A stretch of DNA of 29,678 bases from a virus. Its lineage: Duplodnaviria; Caudoviricetes. A model generated the notes under the pieces. It had not been told where the DNA came from, did no database searches, and worked only from the letters and a program-made list of their open reading frames with translations. This document shows positions 1-9,520 of this stretch, piece after piece. Every line of letters starts with the position of its first letter. The stretch's first letter is position 1. The position numbers and the translations under genes were made by a program. The stretch lies in IMG/VR virus record IMGVR_UViG_3300002307_000172, positions 1-29,678 of that record, one strand, 5' to 3'.

Positions 1-1194
1 TATGATAGGAATATAAATCATGTGTTCTTAAATGAAGACAAATACAACGGAGTTATGTTATTAAGTAAGCATGCTCTAATAACAGAAAACGAATTTAATT
101 ATCGATTCCTAGTTGAACGTAAAGAATGGCCTATTATAGCCAGTCGTCCTCGTCCTAGGTATTACAATATGTTTTATATAGATACATATGAAGAATATTT
201 AGAAGCAGTGGAAAAAACAACTACTGAAATGTTTTGGATGACATCGAAAAATTTAAAAGTAGCTGAAGATTTTAATTTTAATCTTTTTTTTGATGAATTT
301 AATGACTATGATAAGAATATAAATCACTCATTTATTCATCGATGTAATGGTGAAGATTCTTATAATGGGATACTTCTTTTAAGTAAAAATGCATTATTAT
401 CTAAGAAAGAAGTTGAGTATCGTTATCCAGTTGAACGTAAAGAATGGCCTATTGTAGCAAGTGGCCCTATTAAATATGATAGATTTGCAACTATTCAATT
501 ATATGATATTGTGTTTATCAGTTATAATGAGCCAAATGCCGATTTAAACTGGAAGAGATTACAGGAACGGTTTCCATATGCACGAAGGATTGCTGGTGTA
601 AAAGGCATTCACAATGCACATATTCAAGCATCAAAATTAGCAACAACTCCTATGTTCTGGGTAGTTGATGCCGATGCAATTGTTGAAGAAAGTTTTATGT
701 TCGATTATCAGACAGAAGAAACTAATACTGTACATGTTTGGAGAAGCCGGAATCCGATCAATGGGTTAGAATACGGGTATGGCGGAGTTAAATTACTCCC
801 TACTAACTTAACTTTAAATATGGATACTTCTAATCCTGATATGACTACTAGTATAACTGATAAATTTAAGGTAGTTGATCAAGTATCGAATATTACTGCA
901 TTTAACACAGATTCATTTACAACCTGGAGATCAGCGTTTAGAGAATGTGTTAAACTAGCAAGTAACATTATTGATAGACAAGTTACTGACGAAACAATAC
1001 ATCGATTAGATATTTGGTGTACTGTTGGTGTTGATAAATTGTATGGAAAATATGCAATATTAGGTGCAAATGCCGGAAGAAAGTACGGAGAAGAAAATGC
1101 CGGCAATATACCGGCGCTTTCTAATATTAATGATTTTGATTGGTTATTTAATTATTATCAACAAACTCTTCAGACATTGGAAAAATCTTGTTAA
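1..1194 (+). CDS. 5'-truncated multi-repeat GT-A-fold glycosyltransferase-like protein
   Basis: Frame is open from base 1 (YDRNINHVFLNEDKY...), so the gene starts upstream of the window. Degenerate ~106-aa repeats (YDxNINH...YNG.lLLSK...VERKEWPI) precede a C-terminal domain with YDIVFISYNEPNAD, GVKGIHNAH, FWVVDADA (DxD) and YGYGGVKL. Confidence 0.65.
   Translation, partial: YDRNINHVFLNEDKYNGVMLLSKHALITENEFNYRFLVERKEWPIIASRPRPRYYNMFYIDTYEEYLEAVEKTTTEMFWMTSKNLKVAEDFNFNLFFDEFNDYDKNINHSFIHRCNGEDSYNGILLLSKNALLSKKEVEYRYPVERKEWPIVASGPIKYDRFATIQLYDIVFISYNEPNADLNWKRLQERFPYARRIAGVKGIHNAHIQASKLATTPMFWVVDADAIVEESFMFDYQTEETNTVHVWRSRNPINGLEYGYGGVKLLPTNLTLNMDTSNPDMTTSITDKFKVVDQVSNITAFNTDSFTTWRSAFRECVKLASNIIDRQVTDETIHRLDIWCTVGVDKLYGKYAILGANAGRKYGEENAGNIPALSNINDFDWLFNYYQQTLQTLEKSC
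111..453 (+). repeat. 25-bp exact direct repeat AGTTGAACGTAAAGAATGGCCTATT at 111-135 and 429-453
   Basis: Read directly; 318-bp period = 106 codons; both copies encode VERKEWPI. Confidence 0.9.
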
Positions 1195-1837
1195 TTGCAA
1201 TTGCGCAAGCTCTTGCAATTTCCATATGTTCTTTTTGTGTGCCATGCCCTGCACGTAGACTAATATAATGAATCCAAGAGCGAATTGTACCATTCATATA
1301 TAATCTACTAACAGTGTTTCCTTCGGGCAAAACCGCACGTGCCTGTTCTTTAGCGATTCCGTTATCAATCGCCCAAGTATATACATCTTTAGCATGATGA
1401 ATTAAATCTTGTTGCTTTTCGAGCCACATTTTATTAATTTCTTTATGCTCTTCATTAGTTAGATCCAAGTCAACAGAGTTTTGCCTATTTGTGGTATCTT
1501 GAAGTCTAGCATCGCGAATTACAAACGAGATTTCAAGGTCTAATGGATTAGCATATCTTTGACTAAATTCTTGAAAACTAAAACTACGATGTCTTAAAAT
1601 TTGTCTAGCAATATCGCGTGTTGTTTCAATTTCAATACATGCATTAACCATTTCTAACGGTGACCAATGTTGATGATTAATTAGATACCGAATAAGTTTT
1701 TCGCTAGTTTCGGTATTGGTTTGATTAGCAGGATTACTGACCCTTGCACAATATGCAATAAGATCTTGAGAGTTGCTAATCCCTAATCCTTTTAATTCTT
1801 CCGTGGGTTCGGATGATGATATTAGCCTGATCTTCAT
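1148..1837 (-). CDS. thyX: FAD-dependent thymidylate synthase
   Basis: ThyX signature RHRSFSFQEFSQRY, plus AYCARVSNP, HWSPLEM and AKEQARAVLP. Confidence 0.95.
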   Translation of the reverse strand: MKIRLISSSEPTEELKGLGISNSQDLIAYCARVSNPANQTNTETSEKLIRYLINHQHWSPLEMVNACIEIETTRDIARQILRHRSFSFQEFSQRYANPLDLEISFVIRDARLQDTTNRQNSVDLDLTNEEHKEINKMWLEKQQDLIHHAKDVYTWAIDNGIAKEQARAVLPEGNTVSRLYMNGTIRSWIHYISLRAGHGTQKEHMEIARACAIAINKIFPMSEEFVDNN

Positions 1838-2154
1838 ATAGTTTTTTTATTTAAAAATTTTTGAGTTTTCTTTTTAATATCTTTTTTAACTCGGTCTGTA
1901 TCAAGTTGAAAATTGATATCTTTAATTCGATGTTCGTAAGATTTTACAGTTTCGGCTAGAATTTTTTCGAACGTCTCCCATCCTTCCTTACGTATTTTTG
2001 CTGATATTGCTACTTCCCAAGTAGTGTTATCTTTAAAATTAATATGTACTGATTGAACATATCGAAGAGGTAAAACATTAAATTTTACCTCTTCGAATAC
2101 TTCAGGCCAACAATCGATAACGTCCTTAGGCAGTTTCTTCTTTGACTGTATCAC
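1834..2154 (-). CDS. hypothetical phage protein (106 aa)
   Basis: ATGA overlap with thyX start; operon position. Confidence 0.75.
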   Translation of the reverse strand: MIQSKKKLPKDVIDCWPEVFEEVKFNVLPLRYVQSVHINFKDNTTWEVAISAKIRKEGWETFEKILAETVKSYEHRIKDINFQLDTDRVKKDIKKKTQKFLNKKTI

Positions 2155-2779
2155 TATTTTTTTTCTTCTTGGCCGGAACCAACTCCTCTGCTAATCTTCT
2201 AAAATTAGCCGCTTCCTTGGCTAACTTATCTGCTTGTGACCGATAATGTTTTGCTTCTGCCTCAGGCGAGTCGAAGGTTACAGGATCAGTTGCTGGTGCT
2301 AGAGAATCGGTAACAGCTTCTGTTTCGTTAGCAGTTTCAAGTATCTTGTTTACAGAGGCCACTTCTCGAACTTCGGCATTATCTTGTGAACTAGGTCTAA
2401 TGTGCAGGTCGTCGATTGCTATACCGCGTTGTTCGGCAATGATCTGATTAAGTTCCGATAATAGTACCGACACTCCTACAGATGGGATCATTTCGACCTC
2501 ACTTGTTGGTGATTTTATAAGTAATCCCTTAGAGTGTAAAGATGGTAGCATTCTACTACCATCTGGGAACTGTGTCCGATCTAATGCTTCGGCAAATTCG
2601 TATGCTTCTTGTGCTGATGCACTTTCGACAAGATTAATGATTGCATTGTGATATGAATCATCTAACCTTTCAGTCGGAACAACAAGGCAACTATATGCAT
2701 CTCCAGGTAACGTTCTGAAAGCAACTAAAACCCGTTTGCTAGAAGATTTCATTCTGCCAACATGTTTTAGATTAACCAT
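2126..2779 (-). CDS. hypothetical phage protein with C-terminal coiled coil
   Basis: Start revised to ATG 2779 (MVNLKHVGR), which overlaps the upstream gene's end; C-terminal helix AEAKHYRSQADKLAKEAANFRRLAEEL. Confidence 0.8.
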   Translation of the reverse strand: MVNLKHVGRMKSSSKRVLVAFRTLPGDAYSCLVVPTERLDDSYHNAIINLVESASAQEAYEFAEALDRTQFPDGSRMLPSLHSKGLLIKSPTSEVEMIPSVGVSVLLSELNQIIAEQRGIAIDDLHIRPSSQDNAEVREVASVNKILETANETEAVTDSLAPATDPVTFDSPEAEAKHYRSQADKLAKEAANFRRLAEELVPAKKKKNSDTVKEETA

Positions 2780-3005
2780 TTGCCTGTTGCGCCTCTGCCT
2801 GTTTAGCAACTAATTCTAAAAATGAAGTTAACTTGGTATAGGTTTGCCCGACCGCAACCATTTCGTTAGGTTTAAATGCACCTCGCGAACTAGCAATATC
2901 AATAATGATCTTCATTGCATTAAGATCATTAATAGATAGTTCGTTATTAGAATTATCCTGTGCAGGTTCTTCAGTGGTTTCGATTTTTTCAACTTCGTCT
3001 GTCAT
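2772..3005 (-). CDS. small hypothetical protein (77 aa)
   Basis: SD AAGGAG upstream; acidic N-terminus followed by IIDIASSRGAFKPNEM. Confidence 0.8.
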   Translation of the reverse strand: MTDEVEKIETTEEPAQDNSNNELSINDLNAMKIIIDIASSRGAFKPNEMVAVGQTYTKLTSFLELVAKQAEAQQANG

Positions 3006-3040
3006 AATGTCTCCTTAGTTAAGTTAATATCTAACTTTAA

Positions 3041-3328
3041 TTATCTGGTATGAAGATAAGGGCAAGCAATTGTGAAAAAACTCAACTCTTTTTCTGATTC
3101 AAACCCAATGCGAGTATTATAGACAATTGAATTATTGTGGTCTAACACAATACTTTGCCCAATGTAATATCGATTGTTTAAATTTTCTTTAATCCAAAAA
3201 TCGATCGATCTAATTTGATTTGGATGATATTTTTCTAAAACGGTATATTTAAAGTGTGGTGCAGCAAACTCAACCCGTCGCATACCGAAGTAATTTAAAG
3301 GGTTGGGTTTTCCGTTTTTGAGAGCCAT
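3041..3328 (-). CDS. hypothetical phage protein (95 aa)
   Basis: TAATG stop/start overlap with the vWA gene. Confidence 0.75.
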   Translation of the reverse strand: MALKNGKPNPLNYFGMRRVEFAAPHFKYTVLEKYHPNQIRSIDFWIKENLNNRYYIGQSIVLDHNNSIVYNTRIGFESEKELSFFTIACPYLHTR

Positions 3329-4509
3329 TAGGTGTTCTTACTAAAATCGTAATAAGCATATTCTCCAAATGGCGGAACAATATCTGTAGTACCGTGAATA
3401 ATAAAAACCGTATCGCAGTAATCAGGGTCCCCCCAAGATTTCCAGGGATACCCGTCAGTAAACATGATAAATTTCTTAGGATTAATATCATGTGATTTCA
3501 TATATTCCCAGTTTGCATCGAAGTCAGTACCTCCTCCACCTACAACTTTATAATCCATAAACTCGTCCGCATTATATCCGTCAAAATCTGCTTCGTTATA
3601 AACGGTAGTATCAAAACACCACAATTTCAATTTAAAATCTTTGTATTCATCCATAATGCCTTTAATTTCAGTTAAGAAATCTTTAGCTTGATCATCTCCA
3701 ATTGACCCAGACATATCAATCGAAACACAAATATCAATAGTTTCTGAAAAGTTAGTGCCGGGCAATATAGCATTTATATGCCATCCTTTACGGTTAGGAC
3801 GCATAAATGTGTAATCGTTACGAATAATACTTTGGATTTGTTGGCGAAGAATTTCGCGCCAATTCATCTTTGGTTCAGTAAGATCTTTAATTAATCTTGC
3901 AATCCCTGCTGGAGTATTGCCTGCTCCCGCCGCCTGCGCTGCTTGCATAGTTGCTTCACGAATCTCGTCGCGTATTTTACGCAACTCGTTTTTGCTATAT
4001 GAAGGACGGCTATTGTTGTTGTCATTATTTTCCCAGTCGATATGTTCGTCTAATAGTTCGCCGATTTGATCAAGCATATCTTTATCCATCTTTTCGTAGA
4101 TGTCATCATATACTTGTTCAGCACTCCACCCGTAATATTTTTGATCGTGGAAAATTGGAATTTTAGTAATTTGATTGCCAATATGATCTCGAATTAATTG
4201 ACCATTAACACAATAGTCTGCCGCAACGTTAAAAATCTTACGATCTCGTCCTTCGCATCGACCCATATGATCAAACACATTATGCAAAATTTCATGGGCA
4301 ATGACAAATTCGATTTCTTTAATAGTTAGATCATTAAAAAAATCACGATTAAAATAAATTGAACGGCCATCAGTTGCCGCAGTCGAGCACCAGTCGGACC
4401 CGTCTATTATTTTAAGACGAGTTGCCATATTCCCAAAAAACGGATGCCGTAGTAAAAGTCCTACACGAGCTACAATAATTTTATCAATAACTGGGTCAAG
4501 ATGTGCCAT
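3328..4509 (-). CDS. metallopeptidase-like + vWA domain protein (DUF2201-like), partner of the MoxR ATPase
   Basis: HEILH (HExxH) after TAATDG; MIDAS elements DMSGS, GGGGTDF and FTDG. Start revised to 4509 (MAHLDP) with SD AAGGA; the longer ORF runs through a promoter. Confidence 0.88.
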   Translation of the reverse strand: MAHLDPVIDKIIVARVGLLLRHPFFGNMATRLKIIDGSDWCSTAATDGRSIYFNRDFFNDLTIKEIEFVIAHEILHNVFDHMGRCEGRDRKIFNVAADYCVNGQLIRDHIGNQITKIPIFHDQKYYGWSAEQVYDDIYEKMDKDMLDQIGELLDEHIDWENNDNNNSRPSYSKNELRKIRDEIREATMQAAQAAGAGNTPAGIARLIKDLTEPKMNWREILRQQIQSIIRNDYTFMRPNRKGWHINAILPGTNFSETIDICVSIDMSGSIGDDQAKDFLTEIKGIMDEYKDFKLKLWCFDTTVYNEADFDGYNADEFMDYKVVGGGGTDFDANWEYMKSHDINPKKFIMFTDGYPWKSWGDPDYCDTVFIIHGTTDIVPPFGEYAYYDFSKNT

Positions 4510-4540
4510 TTGTTTGTCCTTGTTGTTACTATATGTATAT

Positions 4541-4569
4541 AGTATAACGCCGCCTACGGGCGGCGTCAA
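4541..4569 (-). promoter_or_regulatory. sigma70-type promoter TTGACG-N17-TATACT overlapped by a GC-rich hairpin (4547-4566)
   Basis: Boxes read directly; stem ACGCCGCC/GGCGGCGT with a 4-nt loop covers the spacer. Confidence 0.75.
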
Positions 4570-4589
4570 CTAAATAATATCGAAGTATA

Positions 4590-5678
4590 TTACTTTTCAG
4601 TAGCTTGCGAAATATACTTACCAAATTTGTTATGGAATTCATCAAAACAATCAATTTCGTCGGGATCTAACGGTAATTTATAAGTCGAAAGCGCAAGTTT
4701 AGTGCCCATAATAACTAGTTCGGTTTCGAAGTTATCCATAATAAAACGGAAAAAGTTGTTAACTTGGTCTTTCCAATTTGCCGACTTTTTATCACATGCA
4801 TCTTTAAGTTCATAGCACAAAGATACAGTAAGTGAATACATTGCTGAAATTTCTTTGGAATCCATTTTTTTAACTTTGCCTGTAAGAATATCACTCGGAT
4901 TGGGCATTTTACTAGCAATCTTACGATGGGCCATAAATTTAACTGCAAGTCCTTCACCGATTGCACCTGCGGTAAGATCGGTTAGTGTATTTACATCGGT
5001 ATCGTCATCAACTAGCAATTCACTCACAAACGACCATGATCTCGGAGTTGCAAATGCTCGCGAGCTAGATTTAGGATCAAAATCGTGCAGATCTTTCTTG
5101 CTAAAAGTAAGGAACCCTAATACGTCTTTATGGATTTTATTTTCCGCCGCCCAATCAAACCAATCTTCCCAGTCTACGCCCATTTCAAGATGAATAAACC
5201 GATTTGCAAGCGCGGATGACATGCGGTAAGTAACACCTCGATCACTTTCACGGTTACCGGCTGCAACCATCACAACGTTATCAGGAAGTTCATATGTACC
5301 AACTCGACGATTGAGAACAAGTTGATAAGCAGCAGATTGTACAGATGGTGCCGCGCTATTCATTTCGTCCATAAACAAAATGATCATCTTATGATTTTGA
5401 GCAAAGTTTTTGTCCGGCAATTCCGCAGGAGGAGCCCAACGCATAGTGCCATTGTTAGAATCAAAATAAGGAATGCCTTTAATATCAGTCGGTTCCCAAA
5501 GTGAAAGACGAACATCAATTACATGTGCATCGAGTTCAGTACCGAGCTGATTGATAATATCTGATTTGCCAATACCTGGCGGCCCCCAAAGGAAGATTGG
5601 ACGTTGATTTTTAAATGCTTTACGAAGTGATTTCTTTGCATTTTTAGGGCCAACTACACGGCTAAGAACTTCTGTCAT
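4590..5678 (-). CDS. MoxR-like AAA+ ATPase
   Basis: Walker A GPPGIGKS, Walker B LFMDEMN, AAGNR, ALANRF and TPRSW; adjacent to the vWA protein. Confidence 0.9.
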   Translation of the reverse strand: MTEVLSRVVGPKNAKKSLRKAFKNQRPIFLWGPPGIGKSDIINQLGTELDAHVIDVRLSLWEPTDIKGIPYFDSNNGTMRWAPPAELPDKNFAQNHKMIILFMDEMNSAAPSVQSAAYQLVLNRRVGTYELPDNVVMVAAGNRESDRGVTYRMSSALANRFIHLEMGVDWEDWFDWAAENKIHKDVLGFLTFSKKDLHDFDPKSSSRAFATPRSWSFVSELLVDDDTDVNTLTDLTAGAIGEGLAVKFMAHRKIASKMPNPSDILTGKVKKMDSKEISAMYSLTVSLCYELKDACDKKSANWKDQVNNFFRFIMDNFETELVIMGTKLALSTYKLPLDPDEIDCFDEFHNKFGKYISQATEK

Positions 5679-5733
5679 ATACGGTACCTGTGTTTATTAT
5701 TGAAAAAATTAAGTAATTTCTTACTATGTATAT

Positions 5734-5762
5734 ATTGTATGATAGATTAAAAAAAATGTCAA
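5734..5762 (-). promoter_or_regulatory. sigma70-type early promoter TTGACA-N17-TACAAT
   Basis: Intergenic, consensus -35, 17-bp spacer, followed by ATATACATAGTAA. Confidence 0.8.
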
Positions 5763-5767
5763 TCGTT

Positions 5768-6157
5768 TTAATTATCTGTTTCACGTTCTTTCATAGCTTT
5801 TATTAGGCCATATTTTCTTATGTCATCTGAAAATAAACAAAGCTCGAATGATCTTTTTGCAGAAAACACAATGATACAATAATGTGTAATATGATACGGA
5901 CAATCGAGATATTTTTCAAGGAAAATGAGTGTTTGTGGGCTCATTTCAATTGGTTCAGAAAATGGAATTTCGTATGCTTTAATTTTCAATTCGTTAGTTA
6001 AAAATGCTAAGCCGTTGTCTGTTAATCGAAATGCACCTTGCTTGTTAATCCGATTACATTGCCACCATTTTCTCGAAAAAAGTTTCACGTTTGTATCATC
6101 GATACTTTTACCCCATAGATTCAAAAATATCTTAGTTAATGTATCACGTGTGATCAT
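5768..6157 (-). CDS. hypothetical phage protein (129 aa)
   Basis: ATGA coupling to the upstream ORF; FRLTDNG could be a winged-helix wing (weak). Confidence 0.75.
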   Translation of the reverse strand: MITRDTLTKIFLNLWGKSIDDTNVKLFSRKWWQCNRINKQGAFRLTDNGLAFLTNELKIKAYEIPFSEPIEMSPQTLIFLEKYLDCPYHITHYCIIVFSAKRSFELCLFSDDIRKYGLIKAMKERETDN

Positions 6158-6441
6158 TTTTTCTCAAGAATACCGGTAGTGAGTTTGTAAACTTCAAAGT
6201 CGTTGGTATCGAACGTAGAATTTAATTTTTTGGCTAGATTATGAGCATGACCTTGATTACTAAAGCTAACTTTTTTATATTTTGGGCCTGGATAACTTGT
6301 TAAACTATTAAAGCTCTTTAGATTAAATGGATGGCCTTGATAAAAGACAGCCCAGATTGCATCGGCTTCTAAGATTTGTTCTGCTTTATAGTTCTTTTTA
6401 TTAATATGTTCTAATATAATACGCGGTTTTGGTCTTGACAT
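6154..6441 (-). CDS. hypothetical phage protein (95 aa)
   Basis: MSRPKP... ORF preceded by GGA and a GATAAATA motif. Confidence 0.8.
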   Translation of the reverse strand: MSRPKPRIILEHINKKNYKAEQILEADAIWAVFYQGHPFNLKSFNSLTSYPGPKYKKVSFSNQGHAHNLAKKLNSTFDTNDFEVYKLTTGILEKK

Positions 6442-6465
6442 GGTGTTTCCGATAAACTACGTATA

Positions 6466-6473
6466 TATTTATC
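6466..6473 (-). promoter_or_regulatory. putative late promoter GATAAATA
   Basis: Intergenic; resembles the T4 late promoter TATAAATA; recurs at 24098 and 25433. Confidence 0.55.
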
Positions 6474-6478
6474 ACATA

Positions 6479-6727
6479 TTAGACCTCTAAATCACCGCCA
6501 TCCATTATTATAGTAATATTTTGATCTTCTGTGTTGACATATTTCTTAAGATCATTGTACATGCTTTCGTAATCTCGATTCATCTTGTCCATAATTTCAG
6601 ATAAGGCAAGAGTTAGCAATCTTGCCTGCTGAATATTCATTTTTATTTCTTTTGACTGACTTAATTCAGCAGCTCTTACTTGTTGTATAAATTGTGTAAT
6701 GGGGTATAAATTAATCGGATTTTGCAT
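6479..6727 (-). CDS. hypothetical protein (82 aa)
   Basis: Overlaps the upstream gene's end; operon position. Confidence 0.7.
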   Translation of the reverse strand: MQNPINLYPITQFIQQVRAAELSQSKEIKMNIQQARLLTLALSEIMDKMNRDYESMYNDLKKYVNTEDQNITIIMDGGDLEV

Positions 6728-7190
6728 CGGTCAACTCCAATCGCATTGTGTTTTCAGTTTTGAACGGCCCTTTGTATGGATATCGTTCGATTGTAATAGC
6801 CTTTGGACAAAAACTTTTAACCCAACCCTTATCAAACTTAATTATGTAATATCCTGCACAATAAAGACTTTTACTTTGGTCGCTTTTAGTAAACAAAGGA
6901 AGTTTTCTTCTAATATCATACATTGGATTGTGTGGCCTGCATGAAGTGGGATAATTGTGTACTTCTTTTGGGGCAGCTTTTGTAACTCTTATTTTCGGAC
7001 CGTGCAAGAAGAAGTTACTACCAAACTGGCGGGTGATATCTTCTTTCTTGTTAAACATCACATCACCCGTTTGGCTACTCAATACAAATTTATTGTTTTC
7101 TTTCTTTTGAAGGGTTCCAATTTTTTTGCCGTTCTGTTCTACAATCCAGTACTTTCCTTCGACAACAGGTTTTGCATATATTTCATTCAT
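6711..7190 (-). CDS. hypothetical phage protein (159 aa)
   Basis: ATG start in a tightly packed operon; C-terminal YCAGYY...SFCPK. Confidence 0.8.
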   Translation of the reverse strand: MNEIYAKPVVEGKYWIVEQNGKKIGTLQKKENNKFVLSSQTGDVMFNKKEDITRQFGSNFFLHGPKIRVTKAAPKEVHNYPTSCRPHNPMYDIRRKLPLFTKSDQSKSLYCAGYYIIKFDKGWVKSFCPKAITIERYPYKGPFKTENTMRLELTDAKSD

Positions 7191-7196
7191 AAATTA

Positions 7197-7847
7197 TTAG
7201 CCTACTCTAATTAGTGTAAATTTAAGGCACTTTCCGGTAGTGCTGTAGTTATCGTTCTCGATATCGTTATATAAATATTGTATACCTGCAAGCAACATCC
7301 ACCCATCAACCTCTTCAAAAGTGATAGTTAAGCTCTTTGGATCAAACGGTGCAGAGAGGTACAGATTTCCTCCGAACAGTGTACCCTTTTCAGTTGCTTG
7401 TGCTACAAATATACATGTGCCCTCAGGAAGTTCTGACACATAAGCATCGCCATATTCTTCGTATTGTACGCCCGCTACTTGAAGAGCGCTAGTACTCATT
7501 AAGGAATTCCAGACTTCGGTGTTGTTTTCATCATATACTCTGATCGAACAGCTCGCAGTCAATTCTGCTCCTGATGCATGTGCAAAATTATCGCATTCGT
7601 ACCATTCGCCTGGTTCAAAAATTCTAAATTCGGCCGGAACCTCTAATTCATTATTCCGGTCGTTTTCGTAATCATATAATGTATGGCCGTCATCCTCTTC
7701 GTTTTTTTCGGTCCAATAATTATATGCTTCTTCGCTAATTTTTTCAATTACAATTTCTCCCCCATAACCAGAAACTTCGATTGTATATGTTTGCGGGGTA
7801 AATTTAATAGTTTCGATTAATGCGTTCTTTTCTGCCGAGGTTGTCAT
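7197..7847 (-). CDS. acidic hypothetical protein (216 aa)
   Basis: Long ORF rich in Glu, Asp and aromatic residues. Confidence 0.8.
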   Translation of the reverse strand: MTTSAEKNALIETIKFTPQTYTIEVSGYGGEIVIEKISEEAYNYWTEKNEEDDGHTLYDYENDRNNELEVPAEFRIFEPGEWYECDNFAHASGAELTASCSIRVYDENNTEVWNSLMSTSALQVAGVQYEEYGDAYVSELPEGTCIFVAQATEKGTLFGGNLYLSAPFDPKSLTITFEEVDGWMLLAGIQYLYNDIENDNYSTTGKCLKFTLIRVG

Positions 7848-7858
7848 ATTATTAACCG

Positions 7859-8065
7859 TTAATCAAATGTATGAATGGAATTGCGTTGATCGTAGATCAT
7901 CTTTACTATGTGATGATAATCATCGTCGGACATAATTGTTTTATAAAATCCTAATCCTTGAATAACTAAAATGGCTGCAATTTCAAGCGGTGAATATTCT
8001 TCTAGCATGAGCTCATTGAATGCCATATATTTGCTGTGTAAAGTAGTTGTTTCGTCGTTAAACAT
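7859..8065 (-). CDS. small hypothetical protein (~68 aa)
   Basis: Start revised to 8065 (MFNDE), just downstream of the nuclease stop. Confidence 0.65.
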   Translation of the reverse strand: MFNDETTTLHSKYMAFNELMLEEYSPLEIAAILVIQGLGFYKTIMSDDDYHHIVKMIYDQRNSIHTFD

Positions 8066-8069
8066 TATT

Positions 8070-9056
8070 TTATACCTGTGGATATTTTGCCTGGAACGGT
8101 GCTGCATAGTGCTGAATACTTTCTGCTATTTTTTGCATATCAAATGAACTACAAAATTTTAGCATACGAATACCTACTTGTGTGACCTCTTTTGGTTTAC
8201 AGTTTGCGATAATTGTTTCATTAATTAATTGTCGAATATTGTCGGGTTGACGATTAAGATCGATTAAAATACGATTTCTATCATAATCATCTTTAACACG
8301 ATGTTCCACTCCATTATGATCTGACCAACGCTGAAGCATAAGATTATTCCATGCAAACCCTTTACCGTTACGGTCATCAAATGCTTCAGTTAATCCGATT
8401 TTATTTTTAGTTCCTTTAGTTCTTACACCGGGATATGCACTAAAAATATTATCACTTGTATCGCCTCGAATACATTTTTCAAAAAGTAGCCATTCTGGAT
8501 TCGGAGTCTTTTTTGTTTCCTGTGTTTTTTTATCGACAACAGGCTTGCCCTTCTTATCAAAAATACCTTCGATAGTATGTAATTCTTCAGAAATACCGTT
8601 GTATTGTTTTACATTAGGTGCAAGCAATTGATAAAAATCTGAATCGCTGCTAATAATAACGTGGTTATCAGTAGTATGAGATTGAATAATCCCTGCAATT
8701 AAATCGTCTGCTTCAAGATTAGGATGTTGAAGTACCGTGCAATTAGTTTTTTCTTTAATGAAGTTGTTAAACTCATCAAATGTTTCCCAGAACAATTTAT
8801 CTTCTTCTAGTTCCTTTACAGTCATGGCTGCACGAATTTCTGCACGATTGCGTTTGTATGGGGCGTAAAAATCTTTGCGCCAACTACGGCCTTCTAAGCA
8901 AAAAATTACATGAGTTCCGTCAAAATCGTTCCATGCTTTTTTAATGCTATTAAACATAATATGAAGCGCCATGCCAACTTTAATGTTGCCGTCTCCTCTC
9001 ACCACATGTCTTGAACGGAAAAACGTATTTGCTGTATCAACAATAATAAATGTCAT
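8070..9056 (-). CDS. rnh: T4 RNase H-like 5'-3' exonuclease / flap endonuclease
   Basis: FEN/5'-nuclease acidic motifs: IIVDTAN, SWRKDFYAPYKRNR, EADDLIA, ISSDSDFYQL and GDTSDNI. Confidence 0.88.
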   Translation of the reverse strand: MTFIIVDTANTFFRSRHVVRGDGNIKVGMALHIMFNSIKKAWNDFDGTHVIFCLEGRSWRKDFYAPYKRNRAEIRAAMTVKELEEDKLFWETFDEFNNFIKEKTNCTVLQHPNLEADDLIAGIIQSHTTDNHVIISSDSDFYQLLAPNVKQYNGISEELHTIEGIFDKKGKPVVDKKTQETKKTPNPEWLLFEKCIRGDTSDNIFSAYPGVRTKGTKNKIGLTEAFDDRNGKGFAWNNLMLQRWSDHNGVEHRVKDDYDRNRILIDLNRQPDNIRQLINETIIANCKPKEVTQVGIRMLKFCSSFDMQKIAESIQHYAAPFQAKYPQV

Positions 9057-9520
9057 GAAACCTCTGATTTACCATCACCACGTTTAACAATATTAATATA
9101 ACCGACATCTCTATCAGTCATATCAATTCCTTGTTCTGCTGCAACGAATGCGCTAATATCACGGAACCATCGTGATACAATTTCTTCGTCGGGGTCGCCG
9201 TCTGTACCATACCCCTCTTGTTTTAATTTTAACACCCAATACTCATTCCAGTCAAGTTCGTAAAAACCATTACGGATATCGTCTGAATTAACATGTAAAT
9301 GTAATACATCGACCCACGGTTCTTTACGTTTAGATGCAATTTCTTTAGGAGTTAGTAATATCTCGGCTTCTTTTTCTTTACGCTTTTTTTCTTCTCGGTT
9401 AAATTTTTTTTCGGCAGTTAAACGTGCCTTTTCGGCTTTTTCTTCTTCGAGCTGAACACGAAGCAATTCTTCTGTCGCAGTAATTCCTATTATATCTTTT
9501 AAAAATTTTTTAAGTCCCAT
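9053..9520 (-). CDS. hypothetical protein coupled to queE
   Basis: TAATG overlap with the queE stop (start revised to 9520); charged helix followed by an EPWV...FYELDWN domain. Confidence 0.8.
   Translation of the reverse strand: MGLKKFLKDIIGITATEELLRVQLEEEKAEKARLTAEKKFNREEKKRKEKEAEILLTPKEIASKRKEPWVDVLHLHVNSDDIRNGFYELDWNEYWVLKLKQEGYGTDGDPDEEIVSRWFRDISAFVAAEQGIDMTDRDVGYINIVKRGDGKSEVS

Noticed and set aside
1068-1116. Clustered GCCGG(C) palindromes
   Set aside because: They lie within the CDS and are explained by repeated Asn-Ala-Gly and Pro-Ala codons.
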